A stretch of DNA of 62,525 bases from a virus (Duplodnaviria; Caudoviricetes). Of the stretch, positions 17,937-29,400 are shown in pieces (the first letter of the stretch is position 1; each line of letters opens with the position of its first letter). Under the pieces are notes generated by a model. It saw only the letters and a list, made by a program, of their open reading frames with translations, was not told the origin of the DNA and did no database searches. The position numbers and the translations under genes are program-made. Location of the stretch: positions 1-62,525 of IMG/VR virus record IMGVR_UViG_3300020172_002336. The stretch is one strand, 5' to 3'.

Positions 17937-20900
17937 GTGGCAGGACCTGAGAGTGTACCAAACGCGGCAGAGTTCCTAGCGAGGGCTCTGCCGTGGCCTG
18001 TTGAGGGGGGACCGAAGTTCTTCGTCAACATCCATTATAGAACACCCAAAATCATCAACGGCGTGCCGATCCTCGGCAAGGACGGGCGTCCAGAGCAGTC
18101 GTACCCGGGCCGTGCGTGCCTTAATGTGCGCGAGGCGGCCGGGGTCACGGCGTGGGCTAACTCATTTGAGAACGGCGTCGGCACGGACATCTACGTGTGT
18201 ATGTCCGGCCAGTCGGCGGCCAAAGAGAAGGTCAGCAGCAATGGTCGAACCTACTACAACGCCATCCGAAACGCCGGGAACGCCGTCCTTCACAAGTCGT
18301 TCTATGTCGACGTCGACGTCAAGCCGGAAGCCGCGTCGAAAGGATATTCGAACACTGTTGAGGCTGCCCAAGAATTTGGACGTATTCGACGTGCCATCGG
18401 CCTCCCTGTACCCTCCATGGTTATCGCCAGCGGAAGCGGAGGTTTTCATGCGCACTGGCTGCTCGTGGAAGCTATCCCTACAGCTACGTGGGAGCCTATC
18501 GCCCACCAACTTGTGGCAGCGCTACTTGCTCAAGGGTTCAAAGGTGACACAGGCTGCACTATCGACGCGGCGCGTCTTCTCCGTGTACCCAACACTTTCA
18601 ATCACAAACAAGGCGGACGCAAACCAGTCCTGATCGGTAATAACTCTGGTCAGGACTATCTACTCGATGCGATAGCTAAGCCGCTTGAGCCGTTTAAAGG
18701 CGCGGCCAGTACGGTCATACGTACTTCGAATACTGCAGGTTTCCTCGGCAAGCCCCCGTCGAGGCTGGCCCTGTCGCAGGTCTCACCGGAAAGCCTCTCA
18801 GCCGGTGTAGCCCCTGCGGCGGGGCCTGTTCCTATCGCCGACCTAGCCGTCGTGTGCCCCTTCGTGGCGGCCAGCTTGGCCACTGGCGGCGCAGGGAACC
18901 CTAACCCCCTGTGGCTCGCAACCACCAACATCGCCACGTTCACCGCTGAGGGCCGCGACGCCGCTCACTGGATGGCGCAGGGCCATCCCGGCTACACGCA
19001 GGACAGCACGGACGAACTATGGCACCGTCAGTTGGCCACCAAGATGAACCGCAACTTCGGCTGGCCCAAGTGCCAGACGATCGCCGCCCAAGGCGCTGAG
19101 CAGTGCAAGGGCTGCCCTCACGTCGGCAGCGGCAAGAGCCCGTTCAACTTCGTCACTCCCAAGACATTGCCCCCGCAGGTAACCCCCGACGTAGCGCCCG
19201 CGGTAGAGGAAGACAGCGAGCCGCTGGCCCCCCTTCCCGACACGTATTCGCGCAACGCCAAGCAGCAGATACTCTACACGGTGACCGACGAGGAAGGCGT
19301 GCAGAGCAAGCAGTTGCTCACCCGCTTCCCTTTTGAGAAGCCGTGGCTGCGCTACGAACCGCCAGCGCTGATGTTCACGACAGTCACGGGCGGCGTCATC
19401 GGCATGAAGTCGGCACGCCGAGAACAGATATGCGTGCCGTTTGAACTGCTCTACGACGCTACACAGTTTCCCCGCGCTCTCGCCGTTCAGCGTATGGATA
19501 TAAAAACCCCAGAGATAACAGGAGTGATCGGCTTCATGCGTAGCTGGATCGAGGTCCTCAAAGAGGACACGGAAAACTTCGTCCACGCCGTGCCGTATGG
19601 TTGGTTCCGCAACGAGAACAACAATCGGATCAGCGGTTTCTCGTACGGCGGACAGGTGTGGTCCAAGGCTGACTACTCGCGCCCCGCGGCCAACCCCGAC
19701 ATGGTCCTCGATCGGCAGTACAAGCCGTCAGGAGACATAGCGCCGTGGCTGCTGGCGTCGAAGATGCTCACCGACCAGAAGCGCCCGGAGATCGACGCCA
19801 TCCTTGCAACGGCGTTCGCGTCTCCGCTTGTTACCCTCGTAGGTCAAACCGGCCTCCTCCTCTCGACGTACTCAGCCGAGAGCGGCATCGGCAAGACCAC
19901 GGCGCTGCGCATCGCGCAGTCTGTGTGGGGGCACCCGATCAAGGCGATCCAGTCGCTCACTGACACGATCAACTCGGTCGTAAAGAAGATGGGCGACCTC
20001 AAGAACCTGCCCATGTATTGGGACGAGTTGAAGACCGAGCACGACACGCAGCGGTTCGTGCAATTGGCGTTCCAGCTTTCGGGCGGTAAGGAGAAGTCGC
20101 GACTTAGCTCGGCGATCAAGTACCACGAGCCGGGCACTTGGGAGTTGCTCCTGTGCTCGACATCCAACGACAGCCTACTCAACCACATTACCGCGGCGAC
20201 CAAGACCACGAGCGCGGGCATGGCTCGCATCTTCGAGTTCGTCGTACCCCCGGGGGTAACCGGGCAGATCTCGCCGGGTCTGGCGCAGCAGGTGCTCGAC
20301 GGCGTCACCTACAACTACGGACATGCTGGCCTCGTGTACGCCAAGTTCCTAGGCGCGAACTACGACAAGGTCGAGGCCGAGGTGAAGGACAAGCTCTACG
20401 AGATCGAGAAGGCGCACTCGGCTACCGCTGAGGAGCGCTATTGGCTGGCCATGGTGACAGTGCTTGTTATGGGGGCCAAGTACGCCAACCAGTTGAAGCT
20501 CACGAACATCGACGAACAGGCGCTCTATAACTTCCTCGTGAGCGTCTACACCGCGATGCGGAAAGAGCGCAAAGAGAGCCCTGTGGATCTGTCCAATCCG
20601 ACGTCGATGCTGGGCCACGTCGCGCGTTACCTCAACGTCAAGCGCCCGCACAACAGCATCGTGACCAACCTTATCCACAATGGCAACGGTCGACCGCCCG
20701 TGGCAGGTACACCCGGCGCGATCGTCCAGCGGATGGATCCCAACCATCGGATCGACGAAGTGCAAGTTCAGTTCGCCACCGACACGAGCACGGTGCGCAT
20801 GCTCAGGGCACCATTCGTGGAGTGGTTGGCCGAGCAGAAGCTGAGCCAGCGGCTCGTGCTTCAACAATTGGAGAATACTTTCAACATCAAAGAGGTCCGC

Positions 20901-20999
20901 GGGCGTCTCGGCGCGGGCACACCACGCGTCACCATGCAGGAGGCTTGCCTTGAGTTTTGGTACGGAGATCCCGTTTTCAATGGTTACATCGAAGTCTAA
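17937..20999 (+). CDS. Primase (RepB/AEP-like) fused to DUF927 helicase domain
   Basis: VDVD, SGSGGFHAHW, DAARLLRVPNTFNHK; C..C..C cluster; Walker A ESGIGKTT, Walker B WDE. Confidence 0.88.
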   Translation: MAGPESVPNAAEFLARALPWPVEGGPKFFVNIHYRTPKIINGVPILGKDGRPEQSYPGRACLNVREAAGVTAWANSFENGVGTDIYVCMSGQSAAKEKVSSNGRTYYNAIRNAGNAVLHKSFYVDVDVKPEAASKGYSNTVEAAQEFGRIRRAIGLPVPSMVIASGSGGFHAHWLLVEAIPTATWEPIAHQLVAALLAQGFKGDTGCTIDAARLLRVPNTFNHKQGGRKPVLIGNNSGQDYLLDAIAKPLEPFKGAASTVIRTSNTAGFLGKPPSRLALSQVSPESLSAGVAPAAGPVPIADLAVVCPFVAASLATGGAGNPNPLWLATTNIATFTAEGRDAAHWMAQGHPGYTQDSTDELWHRQLATKMNRNFGWPKCQTIAAQGAEQCKGCPHVGSGKSPFNFVTPKTLPPQVTPDVAPAVEEDSEPLAPLPDTYSRNAKQQILYTVTDEEGVQSKQLLTRFPFEKPWLRYEPPALMFTTVTGGVIGMKSARREQICVPFELLYDATQFPRALAVQRMDIKTPEITGVIGFMRSWIEVLKEDTENFVHAVPYGWFRNENNNRISGFSYGGQVWSKADYSRPAANPDMVLDRQYKPSGDIAPWLLASKMLTDQKRPEIDAILATAFASPLVTLVGQTGLLLSTYSAESGIGKTTALRIAQSVWGHPIKAIQSLTDTINSVVKKMGDLKNLPMYWDELKTEHDTQRFVQLAFQLSGGKEKSRLSSAIKYHEPGTWELLLCSTSNDSLLNHITAATKTTSAGMARIFEFVVPPGVTGQISPGLAQQVLDGVTYNYGHAGLVYAKFLGANYDKVEAEVKDKLYEIEKAHSATAEERYWLAMVTVLVMGAKYANQLKLTNIDEQALYNFLVSVYTAMRKERKESPVDLSNPTSMLGHVARYLNVKRPHNSIVTNLIHNGNGRPPVAGTPGAIVQRMDPNHRIDEVQVQFATDTSTVRMLRAPFVEWLAEQKLSQRLVLQQLENTFNIKEVRGRLGAGTPRVTMQEACLEFWYGDPVFNGYIEV

Positions 21000-21264
21000 G
21001 AAATGCTGTTGGTGCGGTAAGCTGGTGTACGGCCCTGTGTTGGTCCACGGACTTACCGCCGCAACCGTCCATCGGTATTGCGCCGTGCAGATCGGCATGC
21101 ACGCCTTCGTGCAGCGCGAAGACGGCGGTGCAGGGATGGCCCCGGCATACGCCGTTATCGAGCGCCCCAGTATTGAGTGGGCCGCCGCGGACGCGCCGAA
21201 GACCGAGGAAAAAATAAGCGTTACCCCCGAGGGTAATGAACCCGAGCAATTAAACCTTTTTTAA
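20980..21264 (+). CDS. Hypothetical protein with CxxC...HxxC zinc ligands
   Basis: CCWCG...VHRYC; GGAG upstream. Confidence 0.55.
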   Translation: MVTSKSKKCCWCGKLVYGPVLVHGLTAATVHRYCAVQIGMHAFVQREDGGAGMAPAYAVIERPSIEWAAADAPKTEEKISVTPEGNEPEQLNLF

Positions 21265-21275
21265 CGGAGCCGCCA

Positions 21276-21605
21276 ATGTCTGTGGAGACAGTCAACCATA
21301 TAGACTTCCCTAAGCTCTTGGACTTAGGTCAAGCCGAAGTGTCTAGGACCGCTGCCGAGGCAGCGCACTTGTCGTTTCACGGCAGCCAGCACCCCAAGCT
21401 GGACCGGATCAAACGTCTCGGCGCGGCGCTGATCTCTGAGATGGAGAAGCTCCGCGACACGCCGCCGATCGTGGTGACCAGACCCGACGGAGAAACGATG
21501 ACCACGGCGCACCCCTGCGTGCGAGAGGCATCAATCGCCATTACCCAACTGCAGACTTCCGTCTTCTGGTGCGCGTCGGCAGTGATCTCCACCATCAAGG
21601 ATTGA
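21276..21605 (+). CDS. Acb2/Tad1-like helical hairpin protein (putative immune-signal sponge)
   Basis: LDRIKRLGAALISEM...REASIAITQLQTSVFW..SAV resembles the R-x-x-S-I-A-x-T-x-L-Q/E-x-x-x-W hairpin signature. Confidence 0.6.
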   Translation: MSVETVNHIDFPKLLDLGQAEVSRTAAEAAHLSFHGSQHPKLDRIKRLGAALISEMEKLRDTPPIVVTRPDGETMTTAHPCVREASIAITQLQTSVFWCASAVISTIKD

Positions 21606-21608
21606 GCC

Positions 21609-21962
21609 ATGTCCGCTGTTAACCCGAAAGACATCGCGGGAGCGTCCAAGCCTCAGGTGGGGCTTATCCCGGTAGGAGCTATGAACAGCGTAGCGCGCGT
21701 GATGGAGTTGGGCGCGGCCAAATACGGCCCCTACAACTGGCGCTCGAAAAACATCTTGTTGATGGTCTATGCGCACGCCGCGCTGCGGCACATCTTTGCG
21801 TGGATCGGCGGCGAGAGTAACGACCGCGAGAGTGGCCAGTCGCATCTAGCGCACGCCGCGTCGTGCATGCTGATCGCGCTCGACGCGCTGGAGGCCGGCA
21901 ACGCGATCGACGATCGGGTGTGGTTACCCGCTGAGGTAACGGACCAGAAGGATAACACCTAA
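21609..21962 (+). CDS. dATP/dGTP diphosphohydrolase (DUF5664-type)
   Basis: NPKD..G..KP...LIP, GAAKYGPYNWR, AALRH..AW..GE..D.ESG..HLAHA. Confidence 0.88.
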   Translation: MSAVNPKDIAGASKPQVGLIPVGAMNSVARVMELGAAKYGPYNWRSKNILLMVYAHAALRHIFAWIGGESNDRESGQSHLAHAASCMLIALDALEAGNAIDDRVWLPAEVTDQKDNT

Positions 21963-23206
21963 GAGTTATCGAACATGCCGGGGTTCACGACGTGCCTTGC
22001 CACCAGCCCGTGTTTGCGGTGGAACACGAGCGCCTGCATCTGGCGTCGACTGCGGTAGCCGTGGTTGGCGGCGTAAGCATCCGCCGACGCCAGCACGCCG
22101 AACATTTCAACGAACCCACCGGGATACTCGGTCCTGTCTTCGTGGTGCCCGTGCCCGATCATCATGAGGCGGTACTCGGTGCGCCCCCAGATCTCGGCTT
22201 GGTCAGTTGCCATCACGGCGAGCAGCTTATCTCTCTTGACCTTGTCGCCGTGGTGCGTAGCGATGAACACTTTCCCGAACTCGTAGTAGTGAAAGAACTT
22301 CGGCGAGCAGTCGATGCTCACGCGAGGCTCGTTCTCGTATAGATGCGAGAGGAACACCGTCACCGCCGCGGCAGTGGACGGGTCATGATTGCCCTTCTCG
22401 AATATCACGCGCACGCTCTGGTGCCGCTCAAGGGCCGCCGCGATCATGTGCCGGATCATGCGGACGCCTACGTCCACCATCTTCGGGTAACGTCCGTCGG
22501 CATCGAGTAGGTTTTTGTGGGTAGGTGTGACGCTGTCGTAGCTGTCGTAGTGGAAGAAGTCCCCAAGGAACGCGATCAAGGCTTGTTCGCAAGGCGGGCA
22601 GGTGTCAATCAGGCGACGGGAGGCATCCTGTAAAATCTGCTCAGCGGCCTTGAGGTCGTAGTTATCGCCGCCTGTCTCCTGATCCCAAGCCAGCATGCCG
22701 ACGTGATGATCGCCCACCGGGTAGACCGCCAGCAAGTCCATATGCGAGAAGCCCTTAGGTTTGGCGGCCGCTTTAACTGGTTTGATGTCGCCCGCGAGCT
22801 TCTCGGCGAATGTTATCCACAGCGCCTCGCGTTGTGCGTCCTCTGGCTTTTCAGAAACCCACTGCTGCGAGACCCGACCTTGCTGGTCGTATAGGGTGGA
22901 CAGCTTGGTGATCTTCTTGGGATCAGGAAGCTGCACCGCATCCTCTGGCTCCCTTCCCGCAAGTTTGGACTTGTCCCACCGGCCGATCTCATTGCCCTCT
23001 CGATCGTAGAGCGTGGACTGGCCTTTGATGACTAGTTTGGGCGGTATCGCGGAAGTAAATCCGCGCCGTCGCGCCTCTCTCAACCGACTATCGTAAGTCG
23101 ATCGGCTCAGACCCATCGAGTTACCCGCGGCGGTAATACCTCCATGTATCGCTAAGGCATCAACAGTGTCTTGGCATACTTTATCGCTAAGCGGGGCTGA
23201 CGACAT
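21959..23206 (-). CDS. Calcineurin-like metallophosphoesterase with N-terminal HTH
   Basis: GDHH, GDFFH, GNHD, HHGD, GHGHH motifs. Confidence 0.85.
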   Translation of the reverse strand: MSSAPLSDKVCQDTVDALAIHGGITAAGNSMGLSRSTYDSRLREARRRGFTSAIPPKLVIKGQSTLYDREGNEIGRWDKSKLAGREPEDAVQLPDPKKITKLSTLYDQQGRVSQQWVSEKPEDAQREALWITFAEKLAGDIKPVKAAAKPKGFSHMDLLAVYPVGDHHVGMLAWDQETGGDNYDLKAAEQILQDASRRLIDTCPPCEQALIAFLGDFFHYDSYDSVTPTHKNLLDADGRYPKMVDVGVRMIRHMIAAALERHQSVRVIFEKGNHDPSTAAAVTVFLSHLYENEPRVSIDCSPKFFHYYEFGKVFIATHHGDKVKRDKLLAVMATDQAEIWGRTEYRLMMIGHGHHEDRTEYPGGFVEMFGVLASADAYAANHGYRSRRQMQALVFHRKHGLVARHVVNPGMFDNS

Positions 23207-23228
23207 TCAAACTCCTCAGGTGCTAACT

Positions 23229-23453
23229 CTAGAACGTCTTGTCGCCCCGGTTTTTCGACGCAGGACGGGCGCGCAGGTTCGATAGCGCGTTCGACCCGCC
23301 AGACTTAATCGACTTCTTATGGTCGATGTCGTGGCCCTTGGGCGGTTGCCCGTGAGCCTTGATCCACTTGCGACGGGCGGCCATGGCTTTCGCCGTGTCG
23401 TCCTTGTGAGCGCGAGCGTAGGCGTCGTATCGGTGGGGGCCAGTGCGGGGCAT
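23229..23453 (-). CDS. Small HNH endonuclease
   Basis: DIDHKKSIKSGGSNALSNLR...KNRG. Confidence 0.8.
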   Translation of the reverse strand: MPRTGPHRYDAYARAHKDDTAKAMAARRKWIKAHGQPPKGHDIDHKKSIKSGGSNALSNLRARPASKNRGDKTF

Positions 23454-23460
23454 AGTTACC

Positions 23461-26400
23461 TCAGCGGGTAATGGGGACGTTGTAGTAGTCGGTCGCTGCG
23501 CGCAGATGACGATCGCGCTTCGAGAAGTTCATACCATCCGCGCGGTCTGTGCTCAACTTCTCAAGATCCCGACGACGCTTCTGGTCCATCAGGTCGCCCA
23601 GTTTGATCTTCGCGTTGTCAGGCTGGTCGCTGTTCCACTTGGTGATCTCGCGCCACATGGCCGTCTTCTCGTCCGGCGAGGCGTTGATCCAGTCGTTAGA
23701 CAGCTTCTCCCGTGCCGCCTTGAACTGGCGCTGGTCGCCCTTGATGGCGAACGTCTTCTCGTTGCGCTCAGCGACGTCTCCGGGTGTAAAGCCCGCCGCC
23801 TTGATGATCGCGTCACCCATGCTGACAGGCTCCATCTGCTGGCGGCCAGAGGGACTTTTTCTACCTTCCGTGTGCCACTGGTACGCCTGCACGCTGTCGG
23901 CCCAGATTTTGAGCGGCAGGAGCAGCCGGCTCGCTTCCACGACGTCACCCTTAGCCAGCGCCTGAAAGCCCTGCACACCGTCAAACAACAGCGCGGTGGG
24001 AGCGCCCGCGAGGTTCTTCGCCAGCCACGCCCACAGGTCGTCAGACTTCATGCTCTTGGGATCCTGCCCCGAGGTCAGAAGACTGTTGAAGCTGACGCGC
24101 GAGGCGAGGTCGATGCCAGCCCACCGAGCGACACCGCGAGAGAAGATCTGACCGCCCTCGACGCCGAAGACGTTGGCCGCGCCAGCGCGGACGCCCTGCT
24201 CGAAGTCTTCGTACGTCTTGTCGGTAATGCCCAGCAGCCCGGCAGCCATGAGCCCGAGCCGGATCGGTTCCAGAGGCATGCCCAGCGCGCCTGCGGTCAC
24301 CATATGGGTGGCCATCAGGTAAGCGAACGTCTTCATGGCCTGCTTGTCGCCCCTGAACGAAGCGATCGCGGTCTTACCCAGCAGGTAATATGTGCCCTGC
24401 GCGTACTTCTTAAACTGCAGCGCCAAACGTCCAACAGGGTGATTGAAGATAGGCGGCGCGTTCCACGCTGCGTAATCCTTCATGGCGTCGTGGACCTGCT
24501 CGACGGCGTACTCCATCGCCTTGTCGTGGCTGGCACCCTTCTTACGCTCCATCTTATAGGCAGCCGTTGCCGTCACGGCACGGTTGACACTCTCGACGGC
24601 AGCCCCGACCTGACGCGCCATAAGGTCAGCACGGTCGATGGCACGGCCCGTGCGGGACGTGCTCATATCCGTGATGCGCGACAACTCCATGCCCGCGTCG
24701 CGGGACATGAGCCCGACATCGTGCAGGTGGTTGAACAGCTTGACCAGCCCATCACCATGCTCGGCGTCCTTCGCCACGCGCTGGGTGAGGGTCGACTGAT
24801 AGTCCGTAAGATCGGCGTTATGCCCGGACTTCCCTGCGCGATAAGTGTCCCGTAGACCGGCACCGACGATCGTCCTGCCGCCGATCAGATTGTACGCGCT
24901 TGACAGCGACTTGATGGTAGGCAGCATCCCGTGCCGTGCCGCCAACAGCGGCAGCGTGACCGTCCACGGCTCGGAACTGTTGATGACATGGAACGCCGGG
25001 CTCGCCAGCTTGTCGAGATACGACAACTGCAGGAGGCGGTTCGTGGCGCGATGGAACAACGTATCCACGTCCGTGTCGTTCATCGCGTGAGCGCGCTTGG
25101 TGAGTTCGTTCAACCGCTGACGACGTTCGGCCGGAAGGTACTCGTTGTTACCTGCGTGGGTCATGCGCTCGGTGTAGTCCGTCATCTTCTTGAGCGCAGC
25201 GTCCACCTCCGGGCGGTACCGCAGGCGCGCGAGATAGCCAGCCGTCGACGAGGCGTAGACGCCAGTGTTCTTGAGGATGTCGTCCGAGTACCCGAGTATG
25301 TTATTTCGCGGGAGACGGTGGCTCTGGGCACGCGTGCTGCCCATCGACGCGATACCAGCCTCACGAAGCTGCCGCACCAGTTCGTCCTGTGCGGTCTTAT
25401 CAAGCCTCTTGAACCCTTCCCGCTTCTGCAGGCCGTTCAGTAGGCGCTGCATCTGCAGCGGCATGAACGCGTCGTTCATCTGAGCCGGGTCGAGCTTCTT
25501 CACGTCGACGTGAGTGACGTCGCGCAGCCCCTTGTCGATCAGCCCTTGGCGGCTCTCCGCGGCGGCGCTGGCCTGCTCGTGGAACTCGACGTGCTTCGGC
25601 TCAATGGTCACCCGCCAGCGCGCCTCGGCGTTGGGCTCCTCCTTGATGCTGATCGGCTTCTTCTTACCTTCGGCATCGAGTCGGTAGTGGCTCTCGGTAA
25701 CCGGGTCGACGCCCACCTTGGAGACCTCAGTCGGGCGCAGGCCACGTTCAACGAGGGTCTTCTGCACGAAAGTCTTAGCAGCTTTCTCAGTCTTGAACTC
25801 GTAGGTGTTGCCCTTCGCGTCCGGCGCTTCCTCATCGTTGATGCGGCGAGCGCCAGCGGGCGCTTCCACTTCGTGCCGGGCCGTCACAACGAAGTCGCCG
25901 CGGCGCATGAAGGGCACGTAAGGTCCTTCGACGCGCGTCAGGGCGCCGGCCTTCTGGATGCTGGACAGCAGGCCGTCCTTGCCCAGCACGATCTTATCGG
26001 CGTCCGTGAGCTTCTTGTTGAAGATGCGCTGCGCCAGCGCCTCGGAGCCCCTGCCATCCGACGACGCCGCCTTGAGCGCGTTGCGGATCAGCCCCAGCGA
26101 CATCTGGTTCTGCGTCTCGCGGAAGTAAGCCGTCGCCTCGTGGAACAGGTCTTTCAGTTCCTGCGGCATCTTCTCGTAGCGAGCCGACAGGTCCTTATGA
26201 ATTTCCATCTGGTACCAGTTGCCGGGGCTATCCGTCTTGAACTGGTTGCTGACCACTTCGTCGGGATGCACACCGGCACGGCTGGCGTCGTGCGCCAACT
26301 CGGCAAAGTCCGTCCATTGCGATCGGCCGTTGGTACGCTGGTCGAACTTGCGCTGTGCTTGGCTCATGTTCTTGATGAGCGGCTCGGCCCTCTCACTGAG

Positions 26401-29400
26401 GATCTTGTTCTTCATCGTGGACATCTTGCCCATGGCCTCGGCCAACTGGCGGGCGGGACGGTCCGCTCCGAACAGGTGATCGGAGTTGTTGGTCATCTGC
26501 ACGACGCTAGCGAACTTATCGAGCACGCGCTGGCTGCGCAGCTTCCAGTCGATCTTCGCCGGGATGCGCGCTTCGAAATACTCACGTGGGCTCACGCGCA
26601 GGTTCGCGGAAGCGGCTGAAAGAGCGCGTATATCGTTTCGGATCTCGGCCGGTTTTTTAATGCTGCTGTCTATCGCCATTCCTTCGCCAACGGCACGCAT
26701 CGCCATTTCAAGGGAATTGAACTCGTGCATGCTCTTGAGGCCGAGCAGCTTGAACGTCATGTCAATGAGTTTATCCCACGCCGTGCGCGCGATACCCCAG
26801 CGGGTAACAACCGGCTTATCGAGGTTGACGCCACGCAGGATGTCTCGGAACTCTGGATTGGCTGCCGTCTCAGCTAGAAATTCGTGCTCGTTGTGGAAGC
26901 CGTATTCGCGGCGGAACTCCGGTATTTTTTCTAGGACATGATCCATCAACTTTCGCACGTCAGCGCGAAAACTCAGATCCAAATCAACCGCACGCGAAGT
27001 GATCTCATGGACGCCCTCATGGATCACAACCAATGGGTCGCGAGACCACCGCTTGGGTAGAATGATAATCCCGGGCTTGGCGGGATCGTTATTCCTGTAT
27101 TGAGCACCTCCAACATCCTCAAGGCCGTTCGCGTCCCACACGGCGTCAGGAACAATATGAACGATGCTGTCGCCGCCTTGGTCCAGCAGCTTACGTTTAA
27201 CAGCGGCGGCTAAGGCTTTATCCCCGGGGCCATCGCCCGGCGATCCCAACCCGTTTAGGTGTTCTTTAAGCGTGACTTTGGTTGAAGCCACGGTGCCAGC
27301 TTCAAGGTTTTTGCGCAGCGTGTCCATGTTCTGCCGCGTTTGGGCCGCTCGCTCAGAGGCCGTTAGGACCTTCGCGTTGCCCTCGTCGACGCGTTCTTTC
27401 ACGTCTACATCAGCGTCATCCTTGACTGCCAGATCGTCGAGCGCATCTCTCGCCGACACGACCTTTTCACCCGGCTTAATTTTGCGCGTAGCTGCAGTCT
27501 CCGCAGACGCGTCTTCGCCCTGCTCCGCGGCCAGCCTCTTAACCTCGGCCTCGATCTCGACTTTACCCTTGGGGGTAACGGTCTCCTTGGTGAGCGCATC
27601 GCGCCCTCCACGCATCTCGTGGTCGAGCGGCAGGAACTCAGTGAATGCTTCGTTGAGCCGACGCGCTTTCTCAGCGGGGTCCTTTTCGTTGAGGGCGCTC
27701 TTGACTTTCGCGTTGAATTTGTCGGCGTTGTAGAGGTACTTGCGCCACGGAGTGGTGTTGTTCGCCTCAGGCTGGTCGGTGCGGAACCCAGCCCGCGCGA
27801 TCTGGACGTGCTTCTGCGCAGCCACCACAAGCATGTTGTTGATACGATGTATGATGCTGCGTCGTGCGTCGCCGTCACCGCCGAGCGCCTTGCGCGCTTC
27901 GTCGGCGAGTTCCTTGTCACGCGGCTTATTGTTCTCGTCGGTCCACGTGTCGCGCGCCACCTCCTCGGCAGCAGTCTCGTTGTCGTCTTTCTGGATGTTG
28001 CGCTTTGTGCGCTTATTGTCAGCCTCATTCTCGCGATGCTGGGCGAGCGCATTGTCGACGTGGCGCTCCAGTCTCGCTTCGGGCGTCTCGGGAGGGAGTT
28101 CGGTGCGCTTGAACGTGCTCGGCTTACCAGACGCCTTCGCTTCGGCGCTCGCCTTAGCAGCGGCTTCGTCCTGCAACTTGGTGAGTTCGGCGAACGCCGC
28201 GGTTTCGCGCGCCATGTTCGTCTTGACGATAGTCGCTACCTTGCGCGCTGTCTCGTCGCTGCCTTCACCGGGTAGTTTAGCCTTGATGGCCGTGCGGACC
28301 TTGATGTCCTCGGCGGTTAGCGGGATCTTTTTACGAACAACCTTCGCGCCGGTCTTCGTCTCTCCCTCAACCTTCGGGGCGACCTTAGCCGTAAGCGTGC
28401 CAGCCTTCTTAGCTGCGCTCGCGGCTATCTTAGCTTTGACGTCTGAAACTTGCTTGACGGGCGCGGCGAGCGCGTCCGCGGCGGGTACTTCACCATGAAG
28501 GCTCTTGGGCGCGCGCTGCGTGTCCAGCTTGGTCGTCGGCGCGGTCTTTCCGGTCAGGGCTTCTCCAGCGGCAGTTATACGCGCGCTGCGATCCGCCACA
28601 CCTGCGTTCATCGTGTCAACGGCTTCACCGAGCGCCTTGACCGAACGCGCAAACTTCCCATTGGGATCGTTGATGCGCTTGTGGAAACCGGCAGCCCATG
28701 CCTCTGCGGCGTCGCGCCCCTGTGTTTCGGCGATAACATCGTACTTGGCGTTTACTTTGCGAGCGAACCCTGCGGCGAGCCTGCTCATACCAGCGACGCG
28801 CTCGTCGGAGTAAGGCTTGTTGACCGCGGCAGTCGTGGCTACTCCAGCGTTACCCTCGGGGGTAACGGGCACGGTGAGAGCAGCAGCGCTGGGCTGGTCG
28901 CCCGGCACGTTGGCCTTGGTCTCCACGGCCTCAGGCGACTTGATGACGTCGGCTACGCCAGCCGCAACGGCGCTTGGCTCGTCACCCGGCACGTTGACTT
29001 TGGTCTCGACCGGCGAGGGCGGCTTGGCAGCCTCAGTCGCCTCAGTGATCGGGGTGCGCACCAGCGGCGGTGTCTTGGCGACCTTGCGCTCAGTCTTGTA
29101 TCCGTTGGCCGTCCGCGTGAGTTCGCCGGACGTCCTCATGGCCGTGAGGATGCCCACGATCTCAGTCGGCGGTGGCGCGTCGTCACCGAGCAACACCTTG
29201 ACGGCGTCGTGGATCTCGGTTGCCCTCATGCGCTTGGTAGCGACAGTGTGGATCGCGTTGACCACTGCTTCGGACGGCCCAGCGGGCGGCGGCGTGGGTG
29301 TCGTCGCGGGCGGCGGCACGTTGGGGTCCGGCGCAGTCGCCGCGCCGGGCGGCTTGAGTGCGTCGGGTGAGCCAGTTGCGGCAGCGTCGATCTGCGTGTC

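Noticed and set aside
21609-21962. 2-aminoadenine (Z) genome pathway
   Set aside because: No PurZ/adenylosuccinate synthetase or HD-family dATPase recognised; this hydrolase family occurs without Z
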